From positions 32,765,630-32,829,629 of the forward strand of contig NC_068995.1 in assembly GCF_001194135.2 (NCBI RefSeq): a DNA stretch of 64,000 bases, given 5' to 3'. Positions within the stretch are counted from its first letter, which is position 1. Each line of letters begins with the position of its first letter. Shown piece after piece: positions 37,331-50,883 of the stretch. The position numbers and the translations under genes are program-made. The stretch is from Octopus bimaculoides. Its lineage: Eukaryota. The notes under the pieces are model-generated. The model saw nothing but the letters and a program-made list of their open reading frames with translations. It ran no database searches and was not told where the DNA came from.

Positions 37331-37841
37331 TGAAAAATACTTTTCAGTGAACTGGCCAATGGATAAAGACCATATGAAAGTCCTTTCTATTGTTATAAAT
37401 CCGTCTTCAAAATGGTTGGAAATGAGACAAAATGTGGGAAACTGAAACAAAAAAGTGTTCCAAGTCACAACACTGTATCACTAATGGAAATTGACCCTTG
37501 TGATGTCAAAATAAAAAGGAAGTTGAAGAAAAACATAAAGGAACAAGCTGCAACAACAACAGTAATCATGCTTACCACTAACTCTTCCTTGCTATCTTTG
37601 TTCCACCAGTTTTGTACAAGGATTTCTTAGTCATTAATGCCACCAACATAGAGAAATGACACATTCAAGAGGTGATGTTCTCAGATATAAGAAACATCCA
37701 ATGAGGAATAAATATATATACAGCAGTTTATCCTAAGGGATATTAAATATCCGAAGAATTTACTGGTTTATATTACCTGTATCAATAACAATGTTACTTC
37801 AGTAGGTAAATAAAATAAACATACAGTTTATTAATATATAA

Positions 37842-38057
37842 ATATAAATCAGAAATGGAAAAACAAAGCAAAACAATAAATTGAACAATTATATATTCAA
37901 TTCAATTCAAATATTTTATACAAACAAATAACACATCTCTTAAATTACAGCTGTTTCTGCTTCTTTCATAAACAAAGTTTTTCAAGAATAATCGAATCCG
38001 TTTGAATATGTAATGATGTTTCATCAGATTAACATACCTTCTTAACTATTTCAACTC

Positions 38058-38088
<31 letters not shown>

Positions 38089-38299
38089 TGTATGTATGTA
38101 TGTATGTATGTATGTATGTATGTATGCATGCACGTATTCAAGCAGATTTGATTCTTGAAAAACTTTGTTTATGAATGAAACAGAAACAGCTATAATTTAA
38201 GAGATGTGTCATTTGTTTGTATAAAATATTGAAATTGAATTGAATATACAATTGCTCAATTTATTGTTTTGTTTTTTGTTTTTCCATTTCTGATTTATA

Positions 38300-38300
<1 letters not shown>
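37842..38300. repeat. Inverted repeat with ~166-bp arms and a (TATG)n-containing spacer
   Basis: 37842-38008 aligns with the reverse complement of 38135-38300. Confidence 0.85.
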
Positions 38301-39214
<914 letters not shown>

Positions 39215-39317
39215 GAAAAACTATTGTTTTACTGTGAGAAAAGTGCTCTTGAACTGTTAAGTGAAATTTGGCAACCGAGGATCAAATCCACGCCATGCCT
39301 GCATGAAGTTCACTACA

Positions 39318-39440
39318 TACGTATGTATGTATGTATGTATGTATGTATGTATGTATGTATGTATGTATGTATGTATGTATGCATGCATGCATGTATGTAT
39401 GTATGTATGTATGTATGTATGTATGTATGTATGTATGTAC
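39318..39440. repeat. (TATG)n microsatellite
   Basis: Directly visible. Confidence 0.95.
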
Positions 39441-39883
39441 TTCATCTTACATGTCTTCTTAACAATGAAAACATTATAAACAGATCACATTGCCAAATCT
39501 TCAGAGACTGCATAACTTTCATAAATAATCTTTAGTATTTTAATAAACTAAAGACAGTGTTATGATACTGTCCTCTGTCTGGTATATATCTTAGAGGTTA
39601 CAAATGAAAGTAACAATCTCTGAAGATTTGCAATCTGCTTCTGAGCTTTTCCTTACAAAATTGGTGTTTTTTCACTATTAATGAAAACTCATGCAAGATG
39701 ACATAACTAAATAATTTATGGATTAACTCTCCTATTTTGGATTTCTTTTTCAATATGTACTCTGTGACCTATCTAATTAAAGTAACCAGTCAAAGGAAAC
39801 TCAACCTATAATATGAGTCTTCTTAATTTTCTTTTTGGATATATATGGATGCACCTGAAGTTTTAGATATTGGTTATGTGTTT

Positions 39884-40394
39884 ACTCTTTTACTTGTTTC
39901 AGTCATTTGACTGTGGCCATGCTGGAACACCACCTTTAGTTGAGCAAATCGACCCAGGGACTTATTCTTTGTAAGCCTAGTACTTATTCTATCGGTCTCT
40001 TTTTGCCGAACCGCTAAGTAACGGGGACATAAACACACCAGCATCGGTTGTCAAGCAATGCTAGGGAGGCAAACACAGACACACAAGCATACACACACAC
40101 GTACATATATATACATATATACGATGGGCTTCTTTCAGTTTCCGTCTACCAAATCCACTCACAAGGCTTTGGTTGGCCCGAGGCTATAGTAGAAGTCACT
40201 TGCCCAAGGTGCCACACAGTGGGACTGAACCCAGGACCATGNNNNNNNNNNNNNNNNNNNNNNNNNNNNNNNNNNNNNNNNNNNNNNNNNNNNNNNNNNN
40301 NNNNNNNNNNNNNNNNNNTAAGCAAGCTACTTACCACACAGCCACTCCTGCGCCTGTAGTCACTCCTGTGCCTGTAGCCACTCCTGCGCCTGTT
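39884..40394 (-). mobile_element. Full-length Nin/Deu-core SINE (spans an N gap) with a triplicated 5' end
   Basis: Close match to 8397; 18-bp head unit gccactcctgcgcctgta occurs 3 times at 40341-40394. Confidence 0.9.
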
Positions 40395-40699
40395 TGCGAA
40401 TTAAAAAACTTAAAAATCACTCTGTATAATTTTATGTATGTGTATGAGTATGTGTGTATTTCTCATCCATATTTTCTACACTTTTCTTTTCCATTCTGTG
40501 TATCACCAAATGCATATCCCTCTTCTGGTCTAAATGCTACTACAATTCAAAAGAAGTAAAACTGCATGTGTTCTTCCAAAGTTTAGTGATGTACATGCAT
40601 GAATTACATAGAAATTTTCAGATTACAACATTAATAAAAGTAAGTTTTGTGTAAATATATGGTAGCAAAAATTCTTATACACATGCATTTTGTTTCAGA

Positions 40700-41400
40700 A
40701 TTGTGTAGCTCTCTGTAGTGAAGAGATGAACCAGAAGGAGAGGGCTGTGACATCAACGGTTACGGGAGCCCACCAAAAAGGAAGGAGGAGAGAGGAAGTG
40801 AGGGAAGCAAGACCAGGGTCGTCCTCTTTTGGCCTGGGACAGTGGTGATGAATGGATGCAAATGAGCAGAGATTGGTAGTAGCAGCTGCTAACATTAGAT
40901 GAGACCCGTTGGGCATTGTGTTTGGACTTAATACAGCTGGAGAGCAAACAAGAAGAAGTTGGTGAACCATATTATATTCCTCACATCACAGTTCCTTTGT
41001 ACCACACTCTCATTGGGTAGTGAAGATCTCTCACTTGTATCATTTTCTCTGGCTTTAACAAGCCAGTAATGTCAGTAAACTGTATAGCTTCTGATGTTAT
41101 ATTTCCTGTGAAGAATTGTACTTTAACCTGCAAGAACCAGAAAGTCAGGTATGTCATCAGACCAGAAAAGTGGGTAAGCTTTAATCTGATGACTGGGCGT
41201 AAAACTGAAATTATTCGAGACAGTGTGGTGACAGTAATAAGTCACGATGAATCTGGAACATTTTGTAAATATATTCCTAGACAAGGCTTGATAGAGGTCA
41301 AGATCATAAAATTCAAAACACTGTATACAATTGATGTTCTTGTAAACATGTGCTGTCCAATCACATTAAAGAGGTTGCCATTGTAGTTACCTTTGTAGAA
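40700..41400 (-). other. Coding-like segment: host exon or Gypsy integrase C-terminal relic
   Basis: Minus frame VKVQFFTGNITSEAIQFTDITGLLKPEKMIQVRDLHYPMRVWYKGTV, bounded by ttcttgcag| and AT|gtgagg; also fits the L.PG..V.VRD....W..G.V pattern of Gypsy integrase tails. Confidence 0.3.
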
Positions 41401-41908
41401 AAAATGTATGTACAGAAATAACAATAAATCAACTATAGTAGTTTTCTTGTTTTTACTAATTTACATATGAACTTCCAGTGCATGTTCTTCCAAAATTTGG
41501 TAAAATATTGGTTTGAATAAGACAACAATATATATAGAGAGAAAAATAGCAAGATTACAACCTATATAAAAACAAAGTTTATTTAGACATGTAGTAAAAT
41601 AATTTACACAGGTTCATATTTCTAAAATGTCATATATGCAATTCAGTGTTATAGAAATAACATTATACATATACATGTGTGTGTGTGTATTTGCGCGCGC
41701 GCGCGCGTGCATGTTCTTAAATTAGAGTTAGAGTTGAGTGTGACACATGGTAAGGTTGAATAATGCTGAAATAATCAGAAAAGTACATTACATTCATGCT
41801 ATGACAAACTAACAGAAAATGAGATATTTGAGACTAGCAAAACTCAAAGTTCTGAGTGAAAAAGAGATTCTTGTTGGTTCCTATGGCACTAATGTCTGAA
41901 AGGCTTAA

Positions 41909-42129
41909 CCCTTTTGTTACCGTATTTATTTTGAGATGCTCTGTATTTCTCTCAATTATTTTAAATACAACAAAGAATTTAGTAAAATAACTTAGTTGAT
42001 ATTAAGCTAGTGTTAGGAACCTTAATTGTGATTAAGGTTTGGTGGAAGGTTTTAATTCAAAACTTATGAAAACAAGACATTTGTACTACAGAGCCAGAGC
42101 CGGTGTCAGCCAGGTTGGTAATGAAAGGG
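41909..42129. mobile_element. piggyBac-type MITE (copy of 11564, inverted)
   Basis: TTAA|CCCTTTTGTTAC...GTAATGAAAGGG|TTAA. Confidence 0.88.
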
Positions 42130-42419
42130 TTAAAGAGAGTGAAGCAGTTTGAGTTTTGTTTATGTAGCCAAAATGGCTGAGGGAAGGTGGATTTCCAATT
42201 GGGCAAGAAAAAACAGTGAAAACAGTGAGTGGCTAAAATATCATCTGGTTGCATAAAGTTTGAGATGATGAGAAGAAGCATTTTACTGTTGAACTAAATA
42301 ATTTACAGAATTAAATTTTGTTTTCTTTAGTTCCTGTTCAAATGCTGCCTGTATTAACCTATTTCTTCCATGAAACCAAGTAATAATTTAGTAATATTCA
42401 GATCAATTCTAACAACTAT

Positions 42420-42721
42420 AGTGTTGTTGTTGTTGTTGTTTGTTCCTTCTCGGGCTATGCCTGGCTCATAAGAGCTGGTTTCCCAGTTTCATTGGCATAT
42501 AGGCTCCCCACCTGGATGGGACACTGGTCTGTCACAGGTGAGCTGCTAGATGCAGGTGGAAAGAGTGAGAGAAAGTTGTGGTGAAAGAGTCAGCAGAAGC
42601 TTGCCATTACCTTCTGCCGGAGCCATGTAGAGCTTAGGTGTTTCGCTCATTAACACACACATCGCCCAGCCTGAGATTCGACCACAAGTCCACTGCTCTA
42701 ACCACTAGGCCATGTGCCTCC
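42420..42721 (-). mobile_element. tRNA-derived SINE with (AAC)n tail
   Basis: Minus strand starts ggaggcacatggcctagtggttagagc, then ggtcgaatctc; ends in (AAC)n. Confidence 0.75.
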
Positions 42722-43217
42722 TCAACAACTATATTACTTCCCCTTATTTTTTGGCTTTGTGCATAAATTGAATAGCCAAAATTTTAATCATCTAATATAA
42801 TTATGGTAAATAAAGTGAACTTTGATATGGCTCTAAGCAGAGGTGTTAGGTGATTGCTTATCCCCAAGATCAGCCCTTGTAGAGCAGACCTGCAATCAAA
42901 GGATATTCTAGCTGTTATCATCTCATCATTTTTAGATGTAATGCACCCGAGACATTATCCAATAAATGTTTCTCTTTTTGATATACTTCAGCATAATTTC
43001 AAGTAAACTCATCTGCTTCATGACTATGCAAATATTTCTTCATTGGCTCATGCTGTGTTAGGTTTACTCAAATAGAACTGACAGGAGCTGCAAAACAATC
43101 ATCATAATAACATAACCATCACTTTCATAAATGAAGTTGTCATGTAACTATCATCTTTTTTTTGTTTGTTTTTGCCTCTTCATCAGTATTAGGTAAATGT
43201 CTTCACAGTGTTTCATG

Positions 43218-43267
<50 letters not shown>

Positions 43268-44448
43268 TATATATATATATATATATATAGCTGAGTTTGT
43301 GAGTGTGTGTGTATGTGTATCCAATTCATACATTTACACAATTCCAAATTTGTTGAATGAAACAATCGGAATTAATATTCTAAATACCATAACCTAGGTA
43401 ACTGCGTCATTTTTTCCGTCAAAATCAATCACAGTTACCAATAAAATCCATTAAACTGCGCAAAATAACATTTCCCCCCTCTAATAAAACCTAAATTTCC
43501 TCTTTCTACGACCTTTACAAATCCTTTCAACTCCTACTTTCTCTTATGAACGCTTNNNNNNNNNNNNNNNNNNNNNNNNNNNNNNNNNNNNNNNNNNNNN
43601 NNNNNNNNNNNNNNNNNNNNNNNNNNNNNNNNNNNNNNNNNNNNNNNNNNNNNNNNNNNNNNNNNNNNNNNNNNNNNNNNNNNNNNNNNNNNNNNNNNNN
43701 NNNNNNNNNNNNNNNNNNNNNNNNNNNNNNNNNNNNNNNNNNNNNNNNNNNNNNNNNNNNNNNNNNNNNNNNNNNNNNNNNNNNNNNNNNNNNNNNNNNN
43801 NNNNNNNNNNNNNNNNNNNNNNNNNNNNNNNNNNNNNNNNNNNNNNNNNNNNNNNNNNNNNNNNNNNNNNNNNNNNNNNNNNNNNNNNNNNNNNNNNNNN
43901 NNNNNNNNNNNNNNNNNNNNNNNNNNNNNNNNNNNNNNNNNNNNNNNNNNNNNNNNNNNNNNNNNNNNNNNNNNNNNNNNNNNNNNNNNNNNNNNNNNNN
44001 NNNNNNNNNNNNNNNNNNNNNNNNNNNNNNNNNNNNNNNNNNNNNNNNNNNNNNNNNNNNNNNNNNNNNNNNNNNNNNNNNNNNNNNNNNNNNNNNNNNN
44101 NNNNNNNNNNNNNNNNNNNNNNNNNNNNNNNNNNNNNNNNNNNNNNNNNNNNNNNNNNNNNNNNNNNNNNNNNNNNNNNNATAGATTTTATTCAACGCAT
44201 AGATACTGAACAGTATACATATAAGGGATAAAATCCTTTTTTCTTTTTAAAAGTATCTATTACACTATTTTCCTTTTGTTTCTTGACTCCCGTAAGGCGT
44301 CTCAGAACATTCACGCTTTAGTTTGACCAACAGGACAACACATTGCAAAATCACTGAACTTCATTACAAATGTGGGTAATTTTTCAGATTAACACCTGCA
44401 CGATTTTCACTAGGGTGTTAGGGTTAGGGTTTTAGGGTTACGGTTGGG

Positions 44449-44666
44449 GGTAGTCTTCAAGTTTAGGGATAAAAAAAAAGTAAATAAAAATCAAGTGAAG
44501 TAACTGAACGTCTTACTGTCTTACCAGTATTATCCGCACTACTCTGTTTATAAATAAATCACATACGTGATTTGATTGAAGTTCACTGAGAGATCGAAAA
44601 TGACTCGTGGAAGACCGGAATATTTTTATTTACTTTTTTTTACCTCCCTAAACTTGAAGATTACCT
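44449..44666. mobile_element. Small inverted-repeat element preceded by TTAGGG-like repeats
   Basis: ggtagtcttcaagtttaggga...aaaaaaagtaaataaaaat pairs with atttttatttactttttttt...tccctaaacttgaagattacc; ttagggttagggttttagggtt at 44417-44440. Confidence 0.6.
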
Positions 44667-44800
44667 TATTTTCATCTTATCTACATGAATTTCTATGGCG
44701 GAATTCAACCCCAAAAGAAAAAAACATTCGTTTATTTTTTGGCTGCCATTTCTGACGTTTATAATGTTGAGTAGGTTAATTTCTAGAACTGCATGCTCAC

Positions 44801-45069
44801 CCTTGAATAAATATCTAATATCTGTTGAATTTCATTATCATTTCCATCGACAAAGTTCTCTCCTTCTGTCGCATGCTGTTTTNNNNNNNNNNNNNNNNNN
44901 NNNNNNNNNNNNNNNNNNNNNNNNNNNNNNNNNNNNNNNNNNNNNNNNNNNNNNNNNNNNNNNNNNNNNNNNNNNNNNNNNNNNNNNNNNNNNNNNNNNN
45001 NNNNNNNNNNNNNNNNNNNNNNNNNNNNNNNNNNNNNNNNNNNNNNNNNNNNNNNNNNNAAATTGCCAT
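44801..45069 (-). CDS. Candidate ATG-containing exon across an N gap (MAI...KQHATEGENFVDGNDNEIQQILDIYSR)
   Basis: Kozak-like aggATGg at 45069; after the gap one frame is open to a strong phase-0 donor AGG|gtgagc; CpG-enriched surroundings. Frame continuity across the Ns cannot be verified. Confidence 0.45.
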
Positions 45070-45385
45070 CCTAGCTCCTGCGAAAAGGGATTACCCTGCT
45101 ATGTATAATCAGGGCAGTGCAAAAAGTTGTTTTGCACATATCATTTGTATAGCCAATTAGACGGATGAAATTTACGTACGATTAATAATGTTACGCAAAA
45201 CAGCCTTCAAACTTGCCCTTTTAATTTCATCGTCTTTTGAATTACGAACATATTTACATCATAAGTGTTTTTTCATTGTAAGTCTTTCTTTTTTAGTTGA
45301 TTTTCACCTAGCAAGACTTATCGTATATGGCGTAATAAGTCACACCCGGAAAACGTCGGGTTATACTGCTAGTATATATATATAA

Positions 45386-45960
45386 ACAAGGTGCATTCCA
45401 AAAGTTTTGAGATTTTTTTTAAGAGAGGCAGTTATAATTTTAGTATATCATTACTATGTACATAAGCTGAACTGCAGCCAACTTTTGTTATTCTATACAG
45501 CTGTAACAACACTTTGAACACACCCTACTAAACACTGCTGGTCACAGCTAACTAACTTGCAGAATGCAGTTGGGACATGAAGACAATTTCAAAGCTCATT
45601 GTGCAATAAATTTTTTTGTCAAACTGGGCAAAAAACACTACAGAAACTTATGAAATGCTCCAGACTGTTTATGGCTTAACTAATAAGAGCTAAGCATCTG
45701 TTTTTTGCTGCCACAAGAGGTCAGGCAAAGCTCTTGAGGAACCTCTTTTCCAACAGCCAGGGTGTTATCTACATCCACTGGATTCTCTCTGATCAGACTA
45801 TCAACAAATATTTTGTGGAGGTTTTGAGGGGATTCATGAAAAAAATTTTCATCAAAAAAACCAAACCACCTGCACCAAGACAATGCACCAGTCTACATTT
45901 CCATCATCATAACCTTTTATTTGATAGATATGGGCATCAAAACTGTCCATCACCCTACCC
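45386..45960 (+). pseudogene. Deleted mariner relic
   Basis: TIR-like acaaggtgcattccaaaagtt; degenerate F.VKLGK..TETYEMLQTVYG. Confidence 0.75.
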
Positions 45961-45981
45961 CAAACTGAAGGATATATACAG

Positions 45982-46021
<40 letters not shown>

Positions 46022-46031
46022 NNNNNNNNNN

Positions 46032-46068
<37 letters not shown>

Positions 46069-46099
46069 GTATATATATATTGCATAATTCTACTAACTA

Positions 46100-46290
46100 C
46101 TATATCAGGCTTACTATTAATTTTAAACAGAGAGTATTCTGCACATATAAACTCATTTAAGTATGAGGAACATAGCACATCTACCTCCCTAGCCAACCAT
46201 ATACACCATCTAATAAATAGAAAGGTACCATATAGGATATCCTGGGCCATAATAGATTCTGGGGTCCCACACCAAGGCCAGTGATCCACT
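46100..46290 (+). pseudogene. Penelope-like GIY-YIG endonuclease C-terminal relic
   Basis: FKQR(fs)SAHINSFKYEEHSTSTSLANHIHHL...PYRISWAII matches the PLE pattern FK.RY..H..SF.....T.LS.HI..LK....Y.I.W.I. Confidence 0.7.
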
Positions 46291-48173
46291 TGAGGACTAT
46301 GCCTAAAAGAAGCCTTCCAAATATTAATACATAATTCACCTCAATTACTAAATACAGTCATAACTTGGCTTAAGTCATTTCGATTTAAGTTGTTCTTGAT
46401 TTTACATCAGTTTTCAAAAACAATATATGGAAAAATAAAAATCAAATCAAGTCATTTTACTTGACTTTACATCTGTCTGCCACAAATATTGGAATCGTAA
46501 AATCTCTAGAAAGCAGTTAAAAGCACATAAAATCATGTTACTATACAATAAATAAGAATAAAAGTATATAAAATCATATTAAAATACGTAGAGTAAATAT
46601 TAAGATACACACCATAAAGTAATGTAGATTAGTGAACAAAATCATGAAATCATGAAATCACCAACTTGTATGTATGTTCGTGATGTATGGCAAACGCCGC
46701 CAAATTGTATTTGTAAATTTAGATTACTTTTTTTTTTACAGTACTGTATTAAAAAATAAAAATTATTTGCTTGTAAGCTTAAAATAGGTTTTTATTAACC
46801 ATGTATTATTGAAAATGCATTTATAAAGGAAATACAAAACTGGGAATGGTTATTATCGGTTTAGCCTTGAGATAAATTCAGCCAAGTTAATTCAACTCAA
46901 GTCGTGTCTCCTGGAACCAATTAATGACATAGGGTGAGGTATGCCTGTAAACAAAACAAAACTTTTCCTATATGTTGTCATAGGTTCTGTCACACATTTA
47001 AAAATCAACACGCATGACACATCTATCCATGGTCATTACAATATATGTGTGTGTGTGTGTGTGTGTGTACACTCTCTTCTTTTCCCCTACCACTCTATCA
47101 ACATAAGTATCTTAGAAACTTACTAGTTTCAACTCAATAATTTTAAGTTTTTAATTTTAATTCTTAATCCTTTATTTCATATCATTTAACTACTATTAAG
47201 CCTGAAATACAATTTTAGATATCTGCACTAAACTATTGTCCTTATAACCTTACCAAGATTGGCCTTCCCTCCCCCCACTCTACTGAAACTTCAATGTTTC
47301 ACCTCTAACCCCCATAGAATACTGAAATATCTATATCATTAAATTTACTTTTATTTATTTTTATTCATATTTTTTACCCTGTTACCTTTATCTTATTTTA
47401 TTTTTATTCCCTTTCTCATCTCTCCCATACACACTCACTCACAAAACCCATTTATGATATATCTGTCATTATCTTTACTTTTCTTTTATTTTTTTTGTTT
47501 ATATTTATATTTTTATCTTATTCTTATTGTTTTCCCTTTCTACCACTATCTTATTTTTAAAATCCTTTTCCCTATCTCTATTTCTCTCTTTCTCCTCTCT
47601 CCCTCTCTCATACACTCACTCACAAAACCTATTTATGTCCATCATACTTTCTGTATACACATTTACAATATGAATACATCATTCAAAATACTGCCTGGAT
47701 TTACCTGAGATTTTAAATAGACCTGTACTTTCATGGAAGTATTGACCAACATCCTGTGGAAAACGATGAGTTGTGAACATTATTCTCCTGCCCATATTCT
47801 TATAACTACTTTTACTCTTTATTCTTTATAAACTGTAATTTTATTACTTGTAAACTGCAAATTATCCTCTGTCTAAAATATTCATACCTTGTATCTGATG
47901 GTTAATACCCAGTGCATGGACATGCTAGCCTACCACTTGGGTTATCCCAGAAATGGCTGTAAGACTTCAAATTAAATTGTTCTAAATGACTTGAGATACT
48001 CATTTTGCCTTGGTTTTGATTTTTCCTCTAATATAATATATACCTGCTATAAAGGAACCCTAACACGAATCCCTAGATCCAGCCTTAGCTATGATCTTGG
48101 AACCTAACAGTTGACCTACTATTGCATTTACCCAGAGTACCTATTCTTTGGATCACAAGTGATCAATACCCTA

Positions 48174-48246
<73 letters not shown>

Positions 48247-48379
48247 TACACAACCACCATACAAACACCCATACACACTGTTCATTTCATTACTCACTTC
48301 ACTCACCATTACATACACACCCACAAACACGTTCCCACTCCGCCCACGCTAGCACCAACCACTTCTTAGCACTCACACA

Positions 48380-48885
48380 ATTATCTACACAACCAGTCAC
48401 AATCTTCAATAGCATCACCACACATAACACTATATGAGAAGTCCCACACACTGTTTAACTCAGTACACACACCACACACCATCATGCACACTCCCACATA
48501 AGAACATAAAACCTGAACACAGACAATATATACACACACACAAAACATACATAAATACACGCAACATGCATAGATGCAGATAACTTTTGCCCACAAACAT
48601 ACACTATATACAGGCACACTATTTGGTCACAGACACACACATACATACACACATCACCTGAACAAGCAACTCCTATGCACACAACACACGTTAGCTTCAC
48701 ACATATACATACGTTCATATGCATACTCACACATATACACGTCCACATGCACACACACACACACACACACACACACTCGACCCCATTCACACATACACAC
48801 TCACACCATTCTCACATATATATATGCACTTGTGCACCTTAGTTCATTGGGGTCACTGTTATCATCATCATTATTATTATTATTA
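48380..48885. repeat. Degenerate CA-rich low-complexity tract ending in (ATT)n
   Basis: Directly visible; source of the spurious HT/CV-rich ORFs. Confidence 0.85.
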
Positions 48886-48894
48886 TTATTATTA

Positions 48895-49120
48895 TCCCCC
48901 TTTCATTCAGCCTCTTTCTTCGGGTCATCTTGTCATGTTAGACTGTTGAACTCTGCACATTTTTTCTCTCTGCATTTTTTTTTTTCCTCTTAATCCTTTC
49001 TGCCGAAGAGCGTAGGCTCGAAACGTAAATGACTTTTCCATTCTTCCCAAGTGTTAAACTAATACACCTGCTTGCTGTTTCTACATCTGTCTTTGTCTTT
49101 TGCTTCCTGTAAATTTGAAC

Positions 49121-49125
<5 letters not shown>
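48895..49125 (+). mobile_element. Short T-rich repeat, probable Penelope-like terminal repeat, with a hammerhead-like core
   Basis: Contains ctgCCGAAGAGcgtaggctCGAAACGTAaatgac and is flanked by (TA)n; PLE identity is inferred. Confidence 0.5.
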
Positions 49126-49152
<27 letters not shown>

Positions 49153-49228
49153 GCAATAAGAAAATAGAGGGAGAATGTCTGCAAGTTGATGAATACCACA
49201 TATTCCCCTCCATTTTCTTATTGCTATA

Positions 49229-49267
<39 letters not shown>

Positions 49268-50474
49268 TTTTACTCGCGCCCATTTATTGCACTTGATAAT
49301 ACACAGGAAAAACACTAGTGTAACAATAATTGGGTATCCTTCNNNNNNNNNNNNNNNNNNNNNNNNNNNNNNNNNNNNNNNNNNNNNNNNNNNNNNNNNN
49401 NNNNNNNNNNNNNNNNNNNNNNNNNNNNNNNNNNNNNNNNNNNNNNNNNNNNNNNNNNNNNNNNNNNNNNNNNNNNNNNNNNNNNNNNNNNNNNNNNNNN
49501 NNNNNNNNNNNNNNNNNNNNNNNNNNNNNNNNNNNNNNNNNNNNNNNNNNNNNNNNNNNNNNNNNNNNNNNNNNNNNNNNNNNNNNNNNNNNNNNNNNNN
49601 NNNNNNNNNNNNNNNNNNNNNNNNNNNNNNNNNNNNNNNNNNNNNNNNNNNNNNNNNNNNNNNNNNNNNNNNNNNNNNNNNNNNNNNNNNNNNNNNNNNN
49701 NNNNNNNNNNNNNNNNNNNNNNNNNNNNNNNNNNNNNNNNNNNNNNNNNNNNNNNNNNNNNNNNNNNNNNNNNNNNNNNNNNNATATATATATATATATA
49801 TATATAAATACATATAACACACCTATTGTGTATATAAATCTGTATACAAGTGTTTGTATTAATTTTTGTATATGAGAATATGTGTTTATTGTCTATGTAT
49901 TATAAGCATCTGTCAACATATGTTAATGTATTATGTAAATGAGTATCTATGTGTGTGTGTGTGTGGCAGGGTGGGATATTTACTAAGCACAAACTGACAT
50001 TCACAAATGAGAAACTCAACACTGATGGGCACAAATGGAAAACTGAAAGACACTATCTGCTTAACTTAAAGGTTGACATCAGAATTTACTGATGGCTTGC
50101 CTTTTTATGTTTAAAGATGGTCATTGAACTACTTAAACTCTCACAACTCGATCATTTCCCATGTTGCCTTTATATATATTCATATTAATATACTGCAAAA
50201 CAATAACCTTACACCTTGTCAGTATTCCTCTTATAAGATATTTGTTTTCCTGACAATGTACAGTTGTGCTATTGATAAATATTTCATGTGAATGAATACA
50301 TATACATTGTATGTACATGGTATACCCAAATGGCTTGGTACGCTCAACTAACAATCAAAATCCAAATTTACTGAGAGATTGTCTGAGCTAAGTAAAATCG
50401 TGGCTGTCCATACATACAGGCATGTCCTCCACACCCCTCTCTCAGCTGAGAGATCCTAATCTAGCAGGTTCATG

Positions 50475-50883
50475 AGCGCTGGTGCCACATAAAAATGCCA
50501 GTGCCAATGCTATGTGAAAGTGCCTGAATGCCACATGAAAGCGCCTGTGCAAGTGCCACGTAAAAGTGTCTCTGCTGGTGCCATGTAAAAGTGCCTGGGT
50601 CGGTGTCACATTAAAAGCACCCAGTCATCATCATCATTTAATGTCCTCCTTCCATGCTGGCATAGATTGGACGGTTTGACAGGAGCTGGCTAGGTAGAAG
50701 TCTGCACCATACTTCTGTGTCTGTTTTGGCATGGTTTTTACAGCTGAATGTCCTCACACTCTGTGAAGTGGTTGGCATAAGGAAGAGTATCCAGTCATAG
50801 AAATCATGCCAAAATAGACAAATAAAGTCTGAGCAGCTCTCCACCTGGCCAGCTTCTGTCAAACCATCCAACCCATGCCATGC
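50475..50883. mobile_element. Plus-strand RTE tail interrupted by a minus-strand RTE tail (50626-50751)
   Basis: aaaagcacccagtc|catcatcatttaatgtcc...gctgaatgtcct|cacactctgtgaagtggttgg: the outer copy resumes where it broke off. Confidence 0.8.

Noticed and set aside
37995-38030. CTGATGA...CAAAC on the minus strand as a second hammerhead
   Set aside because: G12 is replaced by C and there is no credible stem I or II.
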